In this document: positions 41,399-50,679 of the stretch, piece by piece | Layout: each line of letters begins with the position of its first letter | Position numbering within the stretch: position 1 is the first letter of the stretch | Origin: a phage | Direction: 5' to 3' (one strand) | Length of the DNA: 64,000 bases | Sequence record: PZ583741.1 | Position numbers and translations under genes: made by a program | The notes under the pieces: model-generated | Databases searched by the model: none | What the model was told of the DNA's origin: nothing | Seen by the model: the letters and a program-made list of their open reading frames with translations, nothing else

Positions 41399-42370
41399 TT
41401 AGTAGAAGTTTGGAATGAATGGAAGTGCCATTGATATATTTGTGTCGAAAGGGAACTGAGCGCCTGATTGCGTCGAGTAGTTACCAATTACAGTACCTGG
41501 CACTGCTCTAACGTTACCACCAGACATGCAAATGCCCTTGTATCGCAAGTTGTTATACCCTCCAGTAACTCTAGTCGTAGCGCCACATCTAAGAAGCGGG
41601 AAGAATCCACCATTTATTGACTGATATACATTGCTTATTTGTATAAATCCACTAAGTACAAATGGTCGCCTAACGCTGGAGAAAACAATCTGACCAGAGC
41701 TATTTGACATTGTAAGACCAGGTCCAGCTACTGGAGGTTCATTCCTGAATATCACCAACTGAACGTAAGTGCTTGCCGCCACATCATCTATACCACCATA
41801 GTTTACATCACGGCACCATATCGTACTCCCATCACTCTCCAGAGACACGTTTGGATTATCCCACTTACCGAATGGTATTCCACTGACTGGCAGTGCTGAT
41901 GATCCGTTAACCTGAATACCACCAACCCATGCCGCTGACATTAGCCGTGAGTTGCTTGATATTGCCAAGAAGTCAGTTGAGTTTTCAACTAGTATTCCTG
42001 GGCTTGATGAAGATGAGGCTGGTAGAATTTCAAAACAATTACCCGCAAAGTCAATTATTCGACCATTGGCTCCGTTAAAGTTACTAAGTGTTATCCTGCC
42101 AGTGCCGTCATTTACCTTTTGGAATCCGTTCATGTAATAAACTTCTGGTATAACATCGTAAGCGTCAACGTGGACCGCCTTCGTTGGTAGGCAGAAAGCC
42201 GTAGAGCCAGGAGACATTGTCAATCTAAAATCCCACGAACTTGCTGGGGTTGAAAGTCCATTGGTATTTATTGATCCAGTCACAGCAGGTGCCCTTAACC
42301 CTGCCGTAATTTCCATCGCTGGCCTTCCGTCATTAAGGTCAATCAATATACCATGAGGCATTATTTCCAC
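41399..42370 (-). CDS. hypothetical Gly/Ser/Asn-rich protein (possible fibre-like or exclusion-associated)
   Basis: 323 aa; second gene of a minus-strand two-gene cassette. Confidence 0.4.
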   Translation of the reverse strand: MEIMPHGILIDLNDGRPAMEITAGLRAPAVTGSINTNGLSTPASSWDFRLTMSPGSTAFCLPTKAVHVDAYDVIPEVYYMNGFQKVNDGTGRITLSNFNGANGRIIDFAGNCFEILPASSSSSPGILVENSTDFLAISSNSRLMSAAWVGGIQVNGSSALPVSGIPFGKWDNPNVSLESDGSTIWCRDVNYGGIDDVAASTYVQLVIFRNEPPVAGPGLTMSNSSGQIVFSSVRRPFVLSGFIQISNVYQSINGGFFPLLRCGATTRVTGGYNNLRYKGICMSGGNVRAVPGTVIGNYSTQSGAQFPFDTNISMALPFIPNFY

Positions 42371-42606
42371 TCCTTGCTGCCATGATCTGCAACAGAGCCG
42401 CCGTAACCGCCGCCGACCTTGCTTTCAATCCCAGCGTAACGAACATCAACCTCGCCAGCCGGAACAACTACGCCACCCTTCCATTTAGCTACGCATACGC
42501 CGTTAGCTTGAGTTGCACACCAGCCATCCGGTCGAGGACCTGAAGAACAACCTACCATCATGACTGCTGCTGCGGCGATGATTGAAAGTTTGATTAAGTT
42601 AGTCAT
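42361..42606 (-). CDS. small lipoprotein (possible superinfection-exclusion protein)
   Basis: [22 protein letters not shown] signal peptide with lipobox VGC; minus-strand cassette upstream. Confidence 0.5.
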   Translation of the reverse strand: MTNLIKLSIIAAAAVMMVGCSSGPRPDGWCATQANGVCVAKWKGGVVVPAGEVDVRYAGIESKVGGGYGGSVADHGSKEWK

Positions 42607-42672
42607 TTCTAATTCCTTAGTAAGTTGTTTCGTTTCGATGTGGTAATAGTATCGCATCCATGAGATCAGTAT

Positions 42673-42690
42673 TTAGCAATTAGTGCTATT
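42673..42690 (-). promoter_or_regulatory. B cassette motif on minus strand (aatagcactaattgctaa)
   Basis: Reverse complement read directly; TACTAT box and catcgaaacgaaac leader follow. Confidence 0.5.
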
Positions 42691-43339
42691 TCTTTTCGAG
42701 TAACATCTTGATGTCAATGCCGAGATTATTTTCAATCAATCCAGTCAGTGCATCCGTCTTTTCTTTAAGGGCAAAACACTGAGCTTCATACTTAAATCTT
42801 TCCTCCATCTCGTCAGAGCGACTAACCCAGCACTGGCGAGCCTCGCAAGCCAGCATGTCGAGTTTTTCATCGGTATTCTTATCCATGAGTAAGATCTCAT
42901 TTATTCTTTGCTCTGCAACAATGCGCTGACTAAGGTGTGCATTTTGCGCATTAGCCACACCAAGCATCATGCGCGCTTCTTTTAACTCATCAATGCTTAC
43001 CATCTGACTGATTACTTCTGCTTGTTTTTTAACTAACGACTCAAGCTCATGAAGTCTTTTAACTACCGCGTATCGAAGTGCGGGGCTGTAACCCATAACC
43101 AATGTTTCAGTTAAATCGCGGTTAAGAAGAACTTCAGAAACAAAGCCGCGATAGTCTATAAGTGCTTGATAATCCTCATGACCCAAATTTGGGTTATGCC
43201 CCGACGCTAGGATGTCGATTATCATATCCTCACAGTCACGAATAACGTGACCATGTCTTTTCCCAGTTAATTCCGCAATTTCTTTCGTGCTCATCATGGT
43301 TTTCGGCTGTTCTTTGTACAATTTAATCTTCATTTTCAT
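42686..43339 (-). CDS. Rha-family-like phage regulatory protein (putative)
   Basis: N-terminal MSTKEIAELTGKRHGHVIRDCE resembles Rha regulators; start at M34 of track ORF. Confidence 0.45.
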   Translation of the reverse strand: MKMKIKLYKEQPKTMMSTKEIAELTGKRHGHVIRDCEDMIIDILASGHNPNLGHEDYQALIDYRGFVSEVLLNRDLTETLVMGYSPALRYAVVKRLHELESLVKKQAEVISQMVSIDELKEARMMLGVANAQNAHLSQRIVAEQRINEILLMDKNTDEKLDMLACEARQCWVSRSDEMEERFKYEAQCFALKEKTDALTGLIENNLGIDIKMLLEKK

Positions 43340-43431
43340 CTCTCTTTGGTTTTGTGATACGAAATTTTCGTAGCGCAAGCGGCACCATTTCCGCCATGCG
43401 CACAAATATACCCAAATATTGCGTCTTGTCT

Positions 43432-43449
43432 TTAGCAAGACGTGCTATT
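43432..43449 (-). promoter_or_regulatory. B cassette motif on minus strand (aatagcacgtcttgctaa)
   Basis: TATATT box downstream on minus strand. Confidence 0.45.
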
Positions 43450-43938
43450 TATCGCAAATTTACCCATAAATCATGGTTACGCGTAACCGATGTAACTCGA
43501 TGTATACCATAGCCACCCGCGAGAAATGATATACGCACTGTTACGCCAATTTACGCAATGGTTACATTAAAATATCTATATATATCAACCTTTTACTCTT
43601 ATTATTATTATTATATATATTACCGTGTATATCATGTAACTACTGTTCTGGAGTGTTCCGGTTATAATTTTTATATTATGTGGATTTATACAGTATTGCG
43701 CGGCACCTATACATATGCACCATCCGTTAAAATAGGTATACACGATATACGCACCATTTACATTGAGCTATAGCTGGGCTTAAGTGGTGAAAAACGTAAC
43801 AAATGGCGATGTCTACACGTAGTTACAAAATTATACGCGTAAACTTGAATCAACGATTGGCAAAACCAATTGGACTACGCGTCGTGCGTAAGGCATCATT
43901 AACTCATCGAAAGCAAACAACAATAGAGAGATAAAGAA
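43440..43938. promoter_or_regulatory. AT-rich divergent control region (copy 1) with (TA)n, (ATT)n and 20-bp element cattgagctatagctgggct
   Basis: About 500 bp without ORFs; element at 43761..43780 contains perfect palindrome agctatagct; paralogous to 61940..62662. Confidence 0.5.
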
Positions 43939-44133
43939 ATGCCATACTTCATCATTAAAGAGAAAAACAACGCACTGTTCGGGGATTGCTACTTTGGAGG
44001 TGAGGCTGGATATACAGTTCACAAATCTGAAGCCGACCGATTCGAGACAAAGGAAGAAGCCAAGTCTGTTCTGACCGGATATTTCACTGAGGAAGATTTG
44101 AAAGCTGTTAAGATTGTCAAAATTAAGGATTGA
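43939..44133 (+). CDS. hypothetical small protein
   Basis: 64 aa ORF. Confidence 0.35.
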   Translation: MPYFIIKEKNNALFGDCYFGGEAGYTVHKSEADRFETKEEAKSVLTGYFTEEDLKAVKIVKIKD

Positions 44134-44136
44134 ACC

Positions 44137-45108
44137 ATGACATTTACCGTATACACAAATGATGAGCTAACCAATGAAGCCTATCACGAAGAGCAAGACC
44201 ATATCTCTGGCTCTTCACTTGCTGAGATTCTTGCCACCTCTCCAGCTAAATGGAAGTTTAAGCAGCGCAATAACTCTAGCGCAGCACTTAAGTTTGGCAC
44301 ACTCAGTCACTGCATGATGCTCGAGCGTGAAGTGTTCGATTCAACCTACATGCGAGCAACTGACTTTGACGAAGTGGAAGGATTGATTACAAGCCAAACA
44401 GCCTTATCAGCAGCGCTTAAGAAAGTTGGAGTTTCTGGCACGTCAGGAAAGGGCTATAGCGAGCTCTTAGAGATGATGTACAAGTCTGGTGAGGATTGGC
44501 CTGTTAAATGGTTAATTGATCAGCAGGAGAGCGCTGAGGCGTTAATTAGTGGCAAGGAGCTAGTTACTGCTAAAGATTACGATAAGGTAATCTCAATGCG
44601 TGAGGTTCTGACTAATGTACCGGCATATGATGCGGTGATTAATTCACCTACAGCGCAGAAAGAGCTATCAATCTTTGGTGATATTCTTGGGTGTGGTGTT
44701 AAGGTTCGGCTTGATCACGTGGATGTTGTTGATGGCGTTGTCTATATCCATGACTATAAGACGACCGCAGACGCAAGCCCTCGAGGATTTGGTAAGTCGG
44801 CTTATGACCATGGTTACCTGTGCAAGATGAGCCTTCAGCGTGATTTGTTTGTGAAGGCATTTAGCGAGAAGCGCAAGGTTGTGGTTCGACTCCTGGCGCA
44901 GGAGAAAACTGAACCATACTTACCTATGTGCTACACGCTTACAGATGAGCAACTTCGCATTGGGCGCATTCAGTATCTTGAAGCACTGGCTACATACAAA
45001 CAGTGCAAGGAACTTGATGTGTGGCCTGGTTACAGTAATGGGATTACAGAGCAAGAACTGATGATCCCTGAGTGGGTAAGTAAGCAGTATCAGGAGCTGC
45101 TAAAATAG
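44137..45108 (+). CDS. PD-(D/E)XK family exonuclease
   Basis: 323 aa; N-terminal block matches A ORF 1799..2749; IHDYKT motif. Confidence 0.55.
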   Translation: MTFTVYTNDELTNEAYHEEQDHISGSSLAEILATSPAKWKFKQRNNSSAALKFGTLSHCMMLEREVFDSTYMRATDFDEVEGLITSQTALSAALKKVGVSGTSGKGYSELLEMMYKSGEDWPVKWLIDQQESAEALISGKELVTAKDYDKVISMREVLTNVPAYDAVINSPTAQKELSIFGDILGCGVKVRLDHVDVVDGVVYIHDYKTTADASPRGFGKSAYDHGYLCKMSLQRDLFVKAFSEKRKVVVRLLAQEKTEPYLPMCYTLTDEQLRIGRIQYLEALATYKQCKELDVWPGYSNGITEQELMIPEWVSKQYQELLK

Positions 45109-45122
45109 CACGAATTGCTAAA
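45105..45122 (+). promoter_or_regulatory. B cassette motif ATAGCACGAATTGCTAAA
   Basis: Then ggggtattatcacccc and catcgaaactaaaaac. Confidence 0.5.
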
Positions 45123-45185
45123 GACAAAATTAACTGGTGGGGTATTATCACCCCATCGAAACTAAAAACAGAAGTGAGAGATTAA

Positions 45186-45335
45186 ATGAAAGTATACATC
45201 GTAACCAGTCAAGAAATGTATGATTATGATACGAATGTTGAAGCCGTGTTTTTTGATGAAGAGCTTGCTAATGGATTTGTTTATAAATCAGAACTTGAAG
45301 GATTGCAGATTTTAGAGATGGAGGTAACCGAGTAA
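45186..45335 (+). CDS. hypothetical small protein (49 aa)
   Basis: After cassette; TAATG overlap with next gene. Confidence 0.3.
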   Translation: MKVYIVTSQEMYDYDTNVEAVFFDEELANGFVYKSELEGLQILEMEVTE

Positions 45336-45985
45336 TGAAAACTTCAGAACAAAACAAGCAAGTATTGAAGTCGTTATTTGAAGCTAAATCAAAGTTTGCA
45401 AAGGCTGAAAAGTCAAAGCAGAACTCACACCTGAAGAACAAATACGCAACTCTGGAAGACGTACTAGCGGCTGTAGAACCCGGCCTTGCAGATAGTGGTC
45501 TGGTTTTATTCCAGGGAATGCTTGATGATGAAGCCACGACTCGGATTAAAGTTGAGACAACTATCTATCATGCAGAGTCTGGAGAGTGGGTTAGCTTCCT
45601 GACAATCGTCCCAATCAGCAAGCAAGATGCCCAAGGTTATGGTTCTTCTCTGACTTATGCTCGACGTTACGCAATTACAGCAGCATTGGGGCTGAGCCAG
45701 ACGGATGATGATGGTCAGCTGGCAGTTAAAGGAATTAACTCATTTAAGAAGGACTTGGCTAAGTGCAATACCCTTGATGACCTGCGTGATGTTTACAAGG
45801 AAGCAAAACAGTCTCTTGACTCTGCTGGGTGGTTAGTGCTTGAGCCTCATATCATTGAGCGAAAAGCTGAGATTCAGGCTAATGCAACTAACGGATTCAA
45901 TCCAGCAAAACCTAAGCAGGTTGCACAAAAAACTGTTCAAGAAGAAAGAATTGAAGTACAATCTCAAGAAATCGATACGTTCTAA
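45335..45985 (+). CDS. putative single-strand annealing protein (Erf-like, family uncertain)
   Basis: 216 aa; DAQGYGSSLTYARRYAITAALGLSQTDDDGQ shared with A paralog. Confidence 0.5.
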   Translation: MKTSEQNKQVLKSLFEAKSKFAKAEKSKQNSHLKNKYATLEDVLAAVEPGLADSGLVLFQGMLDDEATTRIKVETTIYHAESGEWVSFLTIVPISKQDAQGYGSSLTYARRYAITAALGLSQTDDDGQLAVKGINSFKKDLAKCNTLDDLRDVYKEAKQSLDSAGWLVLEPHIIERKAEIQANATNGFNPAKPKQVAQKTVQEERIEVQSQEIDTF

Positions 45986-46025
45986 TTTAACGGGGCTTCG
46001 GCCCCAACATTAAGAGAGAAATGAA

Positions 46026-46454
46026 ATGAGTCATGTAATCACTGGTGTTATCCGTCGCGCTCCGTTTACCAAAGAAGGTCAGAATGCCAATGGCACCTGG
46101 AAGATGTACGCAGTTGATTTGAGTGAGCGATATAAGGATAAAGATGGTCAGGCACATTATTCGAATTACCGCGCAGTCTTCTTCGCGAAGGAGTCAATGC
46201 TAGATTGGTACAACGAGGCATTTCAAGAGGGTAAAGTTGTTAGCGTTAGCGCTGAAAGTTTATCTGTAGATGTTCGTGACAAAGATGGTAAAACATACGT
46301 AACCATTAACATGAATAACCCTCGACTAGAGTTTAGTCAGCGTGGCGATGCAGTTAGCAATCCACAACAACATCAACATCAGCCAAAACAGCAGCAGCAG
46401 CAGCAACGACAACCGCAGCAGCAACAGAACCTCGAGGACGACATTCCATTCTGA
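46026..46454 (+). CDS. ssb: single-stranded DNA-binding protein with Q-rich linker
   Basis: 142 aa; C-terminal LEDDIPF; (CAG/CAA)n tract 46370..46430. Confidence 0.7.
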   Translation: MSHVITGVIRRAPFTKEGQNANGTWKMYAVDLSERYKDKDGQAHYSNYRAVFFAKESMLDWYNEAFQEGKVVSVSAESLSVDVRDKDGKTYVTINMNNPRLEFSQRGDAVSNPQQHQHQPKQQQQQQRQPQQQQNLEDDIPF

Positions 46455-46463
46455 TAAAAGAAA

Positions 46464-46486
46464 AGGCCCCTTTCGGGGCCTTTTTT
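46464..46486. terminator. bidirectional terminator (A-run, aggcccc-tttc-ggggcct, T-run)
   Basis: Read directly; between convergent ssb and tailspike. Confidence 0.8.
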
Positions 46487-49034
46487 ACGAAGCTGTATTT
46501 ACCTGAAGATATGCACCATTAGTGGCACCAAACCATGCGTAAGCAGATCCGTAAGTTGTTGGGTTATCATTTAAGATGAAGTCACCCGCTCTAATTACAC
46601 ACTTTGCTCCATATCTATCAGTTGGCCTTGCACTAAAACCATAATCAACATATCTAAAACCAACCTTCGTTACGTTATCGTTAAGAGGAAAAATATCCGA
46701 GAAGCTAGAAGACCTAAAGTCATTGTTCCTGAAAACGCCTCCAGTAAAGTTATCCATGTCAAACATAGTGTTCAAGCTAGCTCCAACAGTATTCCTGAAC
46801 TTGTTACCTTCGTATGTTGGAGAGATTACTTCATAGCCAACCCTCAACTGAATAAATCCTCCATCAAGAATATTGTCCTTAATTGTTGGGTACTGACCGC
46901 CGATTGATAATGCCCCGAAGCCAGGTGTAAATTTGCAACTATTATTACTAAATATAGCACCAATCCATGACTGATTAGTAAGGTATGGTGCTTTCGTGTC
47001 GGTCATCGTGTTTCCGGTGATAATTAATCCATTCTTAATCTGTGTGCCCTCCTGGTAGCCCTGAATCGCCACGCCACCACCAATCATAATGTTGTTGGAT
47101 ATAATAATGTTGCTCAACCCCTCATTAACACCCCAATCACTTTCTGCATCATTTGTTATCAGTAAGTAGTGAGAAGAAGCCCTACCAGTAGCGTCCGTAG
47201 TTATAATGCTTGTATTGCCTTTGCATATAACATTGTTTGCCGCAAAAACCTCAACAAATATACCAGCACCTTCGTAGTAGTTATCCGTAACCGTTACGTT
47301 ATTGCCAGCCGGGGTTATCCTTGACTGGATAGATATTGGATAATAGAACTTGTTGGCGTGAGCATAAGACCTTTTGCTTTTTTCGGATATTGCATAATCC
47401 TCCGCGAAAGTGTGCCATGCCCTTCCTGACTGTTTTGTTGTGTTTCCGATAAACTCTGAGTAGTCACAGTTTCTTGTGAGTAAGCAGTAGTTAGTGTTGT
47501 ATCTGAAGTTTGAATCTCTAAGAGATACTAATGCATTAGATAAACCATTAAGAGCATCGGCATTAACAAAGGCCCTCGAGGCATTAACCTCCATACGCTC
47601 AATCAAAACTGATGCGCACCCTTCAACCATAAAGCCAAACCAGTCTTCTCTTGGTTTATGCGTTGTATCTAATGGTTGGATTGAGTAATCTGAAAAGTCA
47701 CTATTCCAGTTGAGGCCGCTAGCTTTAAGTGTGCAATTCTTTGCGCCGAAAACAACCCTCTCAGGTGATGAACTTCCAGATATATCGATCTCAACATCAT
47801 TATTGGCAAAAATATCAACATTAAGGCCATTAAGGAAGAATGCCGTCTTCCTTAATACGTTGTACTTATCATTGTACTGAATATCAGTGGAGAATGAGAC
47901 CTTCAGTCTTCCTGCGCTAATCCTTACCTTTCTGTTTGTGTTGTGACCAAGATTTATACACGCCATCACTGATGCGTTTGATTCATTAACTCCAGAAACA
48001 TCATGACCAGCCCATTCAGTATGGATATCATCGATCCCTCCTGTAAACCTAACCCAGCAACCATTCCCCCCTGGTGATGGCTCACCAACTCCTCCAAGGA
48101 AGTCTGAAAGCGTGGAATAAGTACCATCAAATGGAACCGTTGGGCTAAAAACAGTAATCCCGTTATGTTCGCCCTTACTTACTGATGGACTCCAGTAGAA
48201 CAGACCGCCACCAGAGTTTGATCCAGAAATGTAAGACCTTACATTTGCTAAAGTTTTATTCTCAGTTGGTTGTTGGATTAACTCGTAAATAGAATCAAAA
48301 CCAGCATCACCACTGGAAGCCAAAGGAATCCAACCTTGAGGGCCGATGCCACCAGTGTCTTCCGGGGTAGAGCCAGCTGGAACAACTTTAGGAAGTTCAC
48401 CGCCCCACAGGTAGGATGATGCGTAACCATTTGATATATTTATTACCTGCTGGCTTTTTGATTCTACTGTTACTCCATCCTGAAATGTGCCAATTAGAGC
48501 CCCAGAAACAGAAGCGGCACTTGCTGCAGCATGTTGTGCAGATACAGAAGCTGATGATGCGCTCAATTCTGATGATTGCTTGTCCTGGGACACCTGAGCG
48601 GCATCACTAGAAACTTGAGCGCCAATAGAAACAACCTCACCATGCTGTGTGTTTACCTGGGTTACCTTTGATTCAAAATCCGCAAAGTCAAAGTTGTTAA
48701 AAGCATCGACTGCATCGGCGACTTCTGTTTCTCGCGACTGATAGTATCGAAGAGTCTCGGCAACATCCTGAGCTAAACCCTGAACACTAATACCATCATG
48801 TGCAAGGATTGCATAACCAGTGCCATCGGGAACGGTTTCACCATTAGGGTTGTATACAGCCATTGATGTGTCGCTGGTGATTTCAGAGATAGTGTAAATC
48901 TGTACTGGCTCCGTTTTAAACACTAAAGTAGCACCAACGCGAATAAGTGTTAGTGGCATGGTCCATTGAGTGCCAACTCCAGTAACCTGACCGTTCGCTG
49001 CTAAACTGGCAGTGCCAGTATCATAAATTGCCAT
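46485..49034 (-). CDS. tailspike / receptor-binding protein with beta-helix-like repeats
   Basis: 849 aa from ATG (track start 49064 is a GTG); repetitive N/G/T-rich C-terminal region. Confidence 0.6.
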   Translation of the reverse strand: MAIYDTGTASLAANGQVTGVGTQWTMPLTLIRVGATLVFKTEPVQIYTISEITSDTSMAVYNPNGETVPDGTGYAILAHDGISVQGLAQDVAETLRYYQSRETEVADAVDAFNNFDFADFESKVTQVNTQHGEVVSIGAQVSSDAAQVSQDKQSSELSASSASVSAQHAAASAASVSGALIGTFQDGVTVESKSQQVINISNGYASSYLWGGELPKVVPAGSTPEDTGGIGPQGWIPLASSGDAGFDSIYELIQQPTENKTLANVRSYISGSNSGGGLFYWSPSVSKGEHNGITVFSPTVPFDGTYSTLSDFLGGVGEPSPGGNGCWVRFTGGIDDIHTEWAGHDVSGVNESNASVMACINLGHNTNRKVRISAGRLKVSFSTDIQYNDKYNVLRKTAFFLNGLNVDIFANNDVEIDISGSSSPERVVFGAKNCTLKASGLNWNSDFSDYSIQPLDTTHKPREDWFGFMVEGCASVLIERMEVNASRAFVNADALNGLSNALVSLRDSNFRYNTNYCLLTRNCDYSEFIGNTTKQSGRAWHTFAEDYAISEKSKRSYAHANKFYYPISIQSRITPAGNNVTVTDNYYEGAGIFVEVFAANNVICKGNTSIITTDATGRASSHYLLITNDAESDWGVNEGLSNIIISNNIMIGGGVAIQGYQEGTQIKNGLIITGNTMTDTKAPYLTNQSWIGAIFSNNSCKFTPGFGALSIGGQYPTIKDNILDGGFIQLRVGYEVISPTYEGNKFRNTVGASLNTMFDMDNFTGGVFRNNDFRSSSFSDIFPLNDNVTKVGFRYVDYGFSARPTDRYGAKCVIRAGDFILNDNPTTYGSAYAWFGATNGAYLQVNTAS

Positions 49035-49057
49035 TGTGTAAAGTCTCCATTTGTAAA

Positions 49058-49075
49058 GTAGCACTAATTGCTAAG
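49058..49075. promoter_or_regulatory. cassette-like palindrome gtagcactaattgctaag upstream of tailspike
   Basis: Matches consensus on the plus strand but lies 5' of a minus-strand gene; orientation ambiguous. Confidence 0.35.
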
Positions 49076-49106
49076 TTGGATTGTATCATCTTTCAGGCAT
49101 AAAAAA

Positions 49107-49123
49107 ACCTCCCGAAGGAGGTT
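49107..49123 (-). terminator. terminator for minus strand (aacctcc-ttcg-ggaggtt plus T-run)
   Basis: Plus strand shows aaaaaa + aacctcccgaaggaggtt. Confidence 0.65.
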
Positions 49124-50045
49124 AGTCTAGTAATTCGCTTGCTTTGTATATTCGCTTTCTTATGCCTGACTTGAAAAAATTATCATCATTTGGCATTACC
49201 ACATCAAGATTGCGATCGTCAGCAACAGCGAGTAAATCAAAATCGTGGCGAGTACAAGCGACGCGTAACTTGTAGTTTCTAAGCGCATAAGCAACCATTT
49301 CCATGTTGTAACTGGAGTAGCAAACAAGCACGCAGCGGTTGCCAGTAGCAAGATGAACGCGAATACCATCAATCCAATTATCGACCATATAAGCGTACTC
49401 ATCATTCTTAAAGGTACCAATAACAGCAATAGACTGGCGAGTATAATCTTTTGCAGCATAACTAACATCTCCCTCTTCATTGATAAACATTACATTGCAC
49501 ATCTCATCGGACAACCCATCACTATATGCCATAAAACACGGTATTGCGTGTATTAGTTCGCCTGACTTCGTCCTGCCAACATCAAAACCAAACTCGCTGT
49601 AAATACCCTCGTATATACTGAGAGGAGTTGATTCTACTCTTTCCGTCCTTTCCATTATCTCTAAGCATCTTTCGTGGTCAATCTGCGCGCCCATTTTGTA
49701 TGGTGATGTTCTTGAAGCTCTTTTGTTTGCTTTTGATATAACATCTACTGGAACTAGATTCAGCCAATCACCAAGCGTATCTATTGTTTCGCTATAACTC
49801 ATTCCCGAGCATTTCATAACCCAGCCAACACCAGAATCGTTGCCGCACTGGTTACATATTGCTGCGCCATTTCCCTTTTCCTGACCTAACTCATCAGTGA
49901 AGCGAAACCTATCCTTGCCAAAGCAGTGGGGGCACGGACCATGCTTCTTGCTGAGATTCTCCTTTGTCCATCCAAGGTGCGATGAGTAGAATTCGCCCCA
50001 CATTCCACTCATTTTTGCTATCACTTCATTTTTATCATGGTGCAT
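49122..50045 (-). CDS. DNA primase (zinc-ribbon plus TOPRIM-like)
   Basis: 307 aa; CPHCFG...CNQCG; homolog of A 5708..6658. Confidence 0.65.
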   Translation of the reverse strand: MHHDKNEVIAKMSGMWGEFYSSHLGWTKENLSKKHGPCPHCFGKDRFRFTDELGQEKGNGAAICNQCGNDSGVGWVMKCSGMSYSETIDTLGDWLNLVPVDVISKANKRASRTSPYKMGAQIDHERCLEIMERTERVESTPLSIYEGIYSEFGFDVGRTKSGELIHAIPCFMAYSDGLSDEMCNVMFINEEGDVSYAAKDYTRQSIAVIGTFKNDEYAYMVDNWIDGIRVHLATGNRCVLVCYSSYNMEMVAYALRNYKLRVACTRHDFDLLAVADDRNLDVVMPNDDNFFKSGIRKRIYKASELLD

Positions 50046-50104
50046 ATCAATCTATCTCTTAGTAAATAAAAAAAGGATGTACCGATTATGGCACATCCAA
50101 TTAT

Positions 50105-50578
50105 TTACTCTTTAGCTTTTCGTGCTGCTTCGTTGGCTGCCTTAATTTTGCGCCATGAGCGACACTCTGGTTTAGTTGCTAGCTCAGCCTCAGTAACAAC
50201 ACGCAGCATATGACGCTTCTTGCAACGTAGAGTTAGCGGTTTCCCGTTACCGTCGAATTGCAGATCTGGTCGGCAGAATGTAGCGCGAAAACCTTCTCCA
50301 TTTCGCTTATAGTAGTTGTGCGACAACTGAGCGCCGCGCGCAGAAATCATCCCACGCTTAAACCATTCTTCTACAGCCTGAGGTGTCACCTTTAACTGCT
50401 TTGCGATATTTGCCTTTGTGCCGAAGAAATCAAGAACAATCTCCAGTCGCGCACGTAAACCCGCCCTTACCTCATCTTTCAAAACGTAGTAACCTGAAGG
50501 TCGTTTACGTTGCTTCTTATCTTGTGTGCGGACGGTCCCGTTATTGCCGTTAATTGTTCGCTTGTCAACTGCATTCAT
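50105..50578 (-). CDS. putative HTH DNA-binding protein
   Basis: Basic protein with HTH-like segment NIAKQLKVTPQAVEEWFKRG; start at M13 (gagg RBS). Confidence 0.3.
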   Translation of the reverse strand: MNAVDKRTINGNNGTVRTQDKKQRKRPSGYYVLKDEVRAGLRARLEIVLDFFGTKANIAKQLKVTPQAVEEWFKRGMISARGAQLSHNYYKRNGEGFRATFCRPDLQFDGNGKPLTLRCKKRHMLRVVTEAELATKPECRSWRKIKAANEAARKAKE

Positions 50579-50679
50579 TTCATTACCTCGATAGCATTTT
50601 TTGTTAAAAGTCATTCTGATTTGATGGTATTATTGTACTCAATTAAACGCTACAAGACAATTTTTATAGGAATTTAGAT

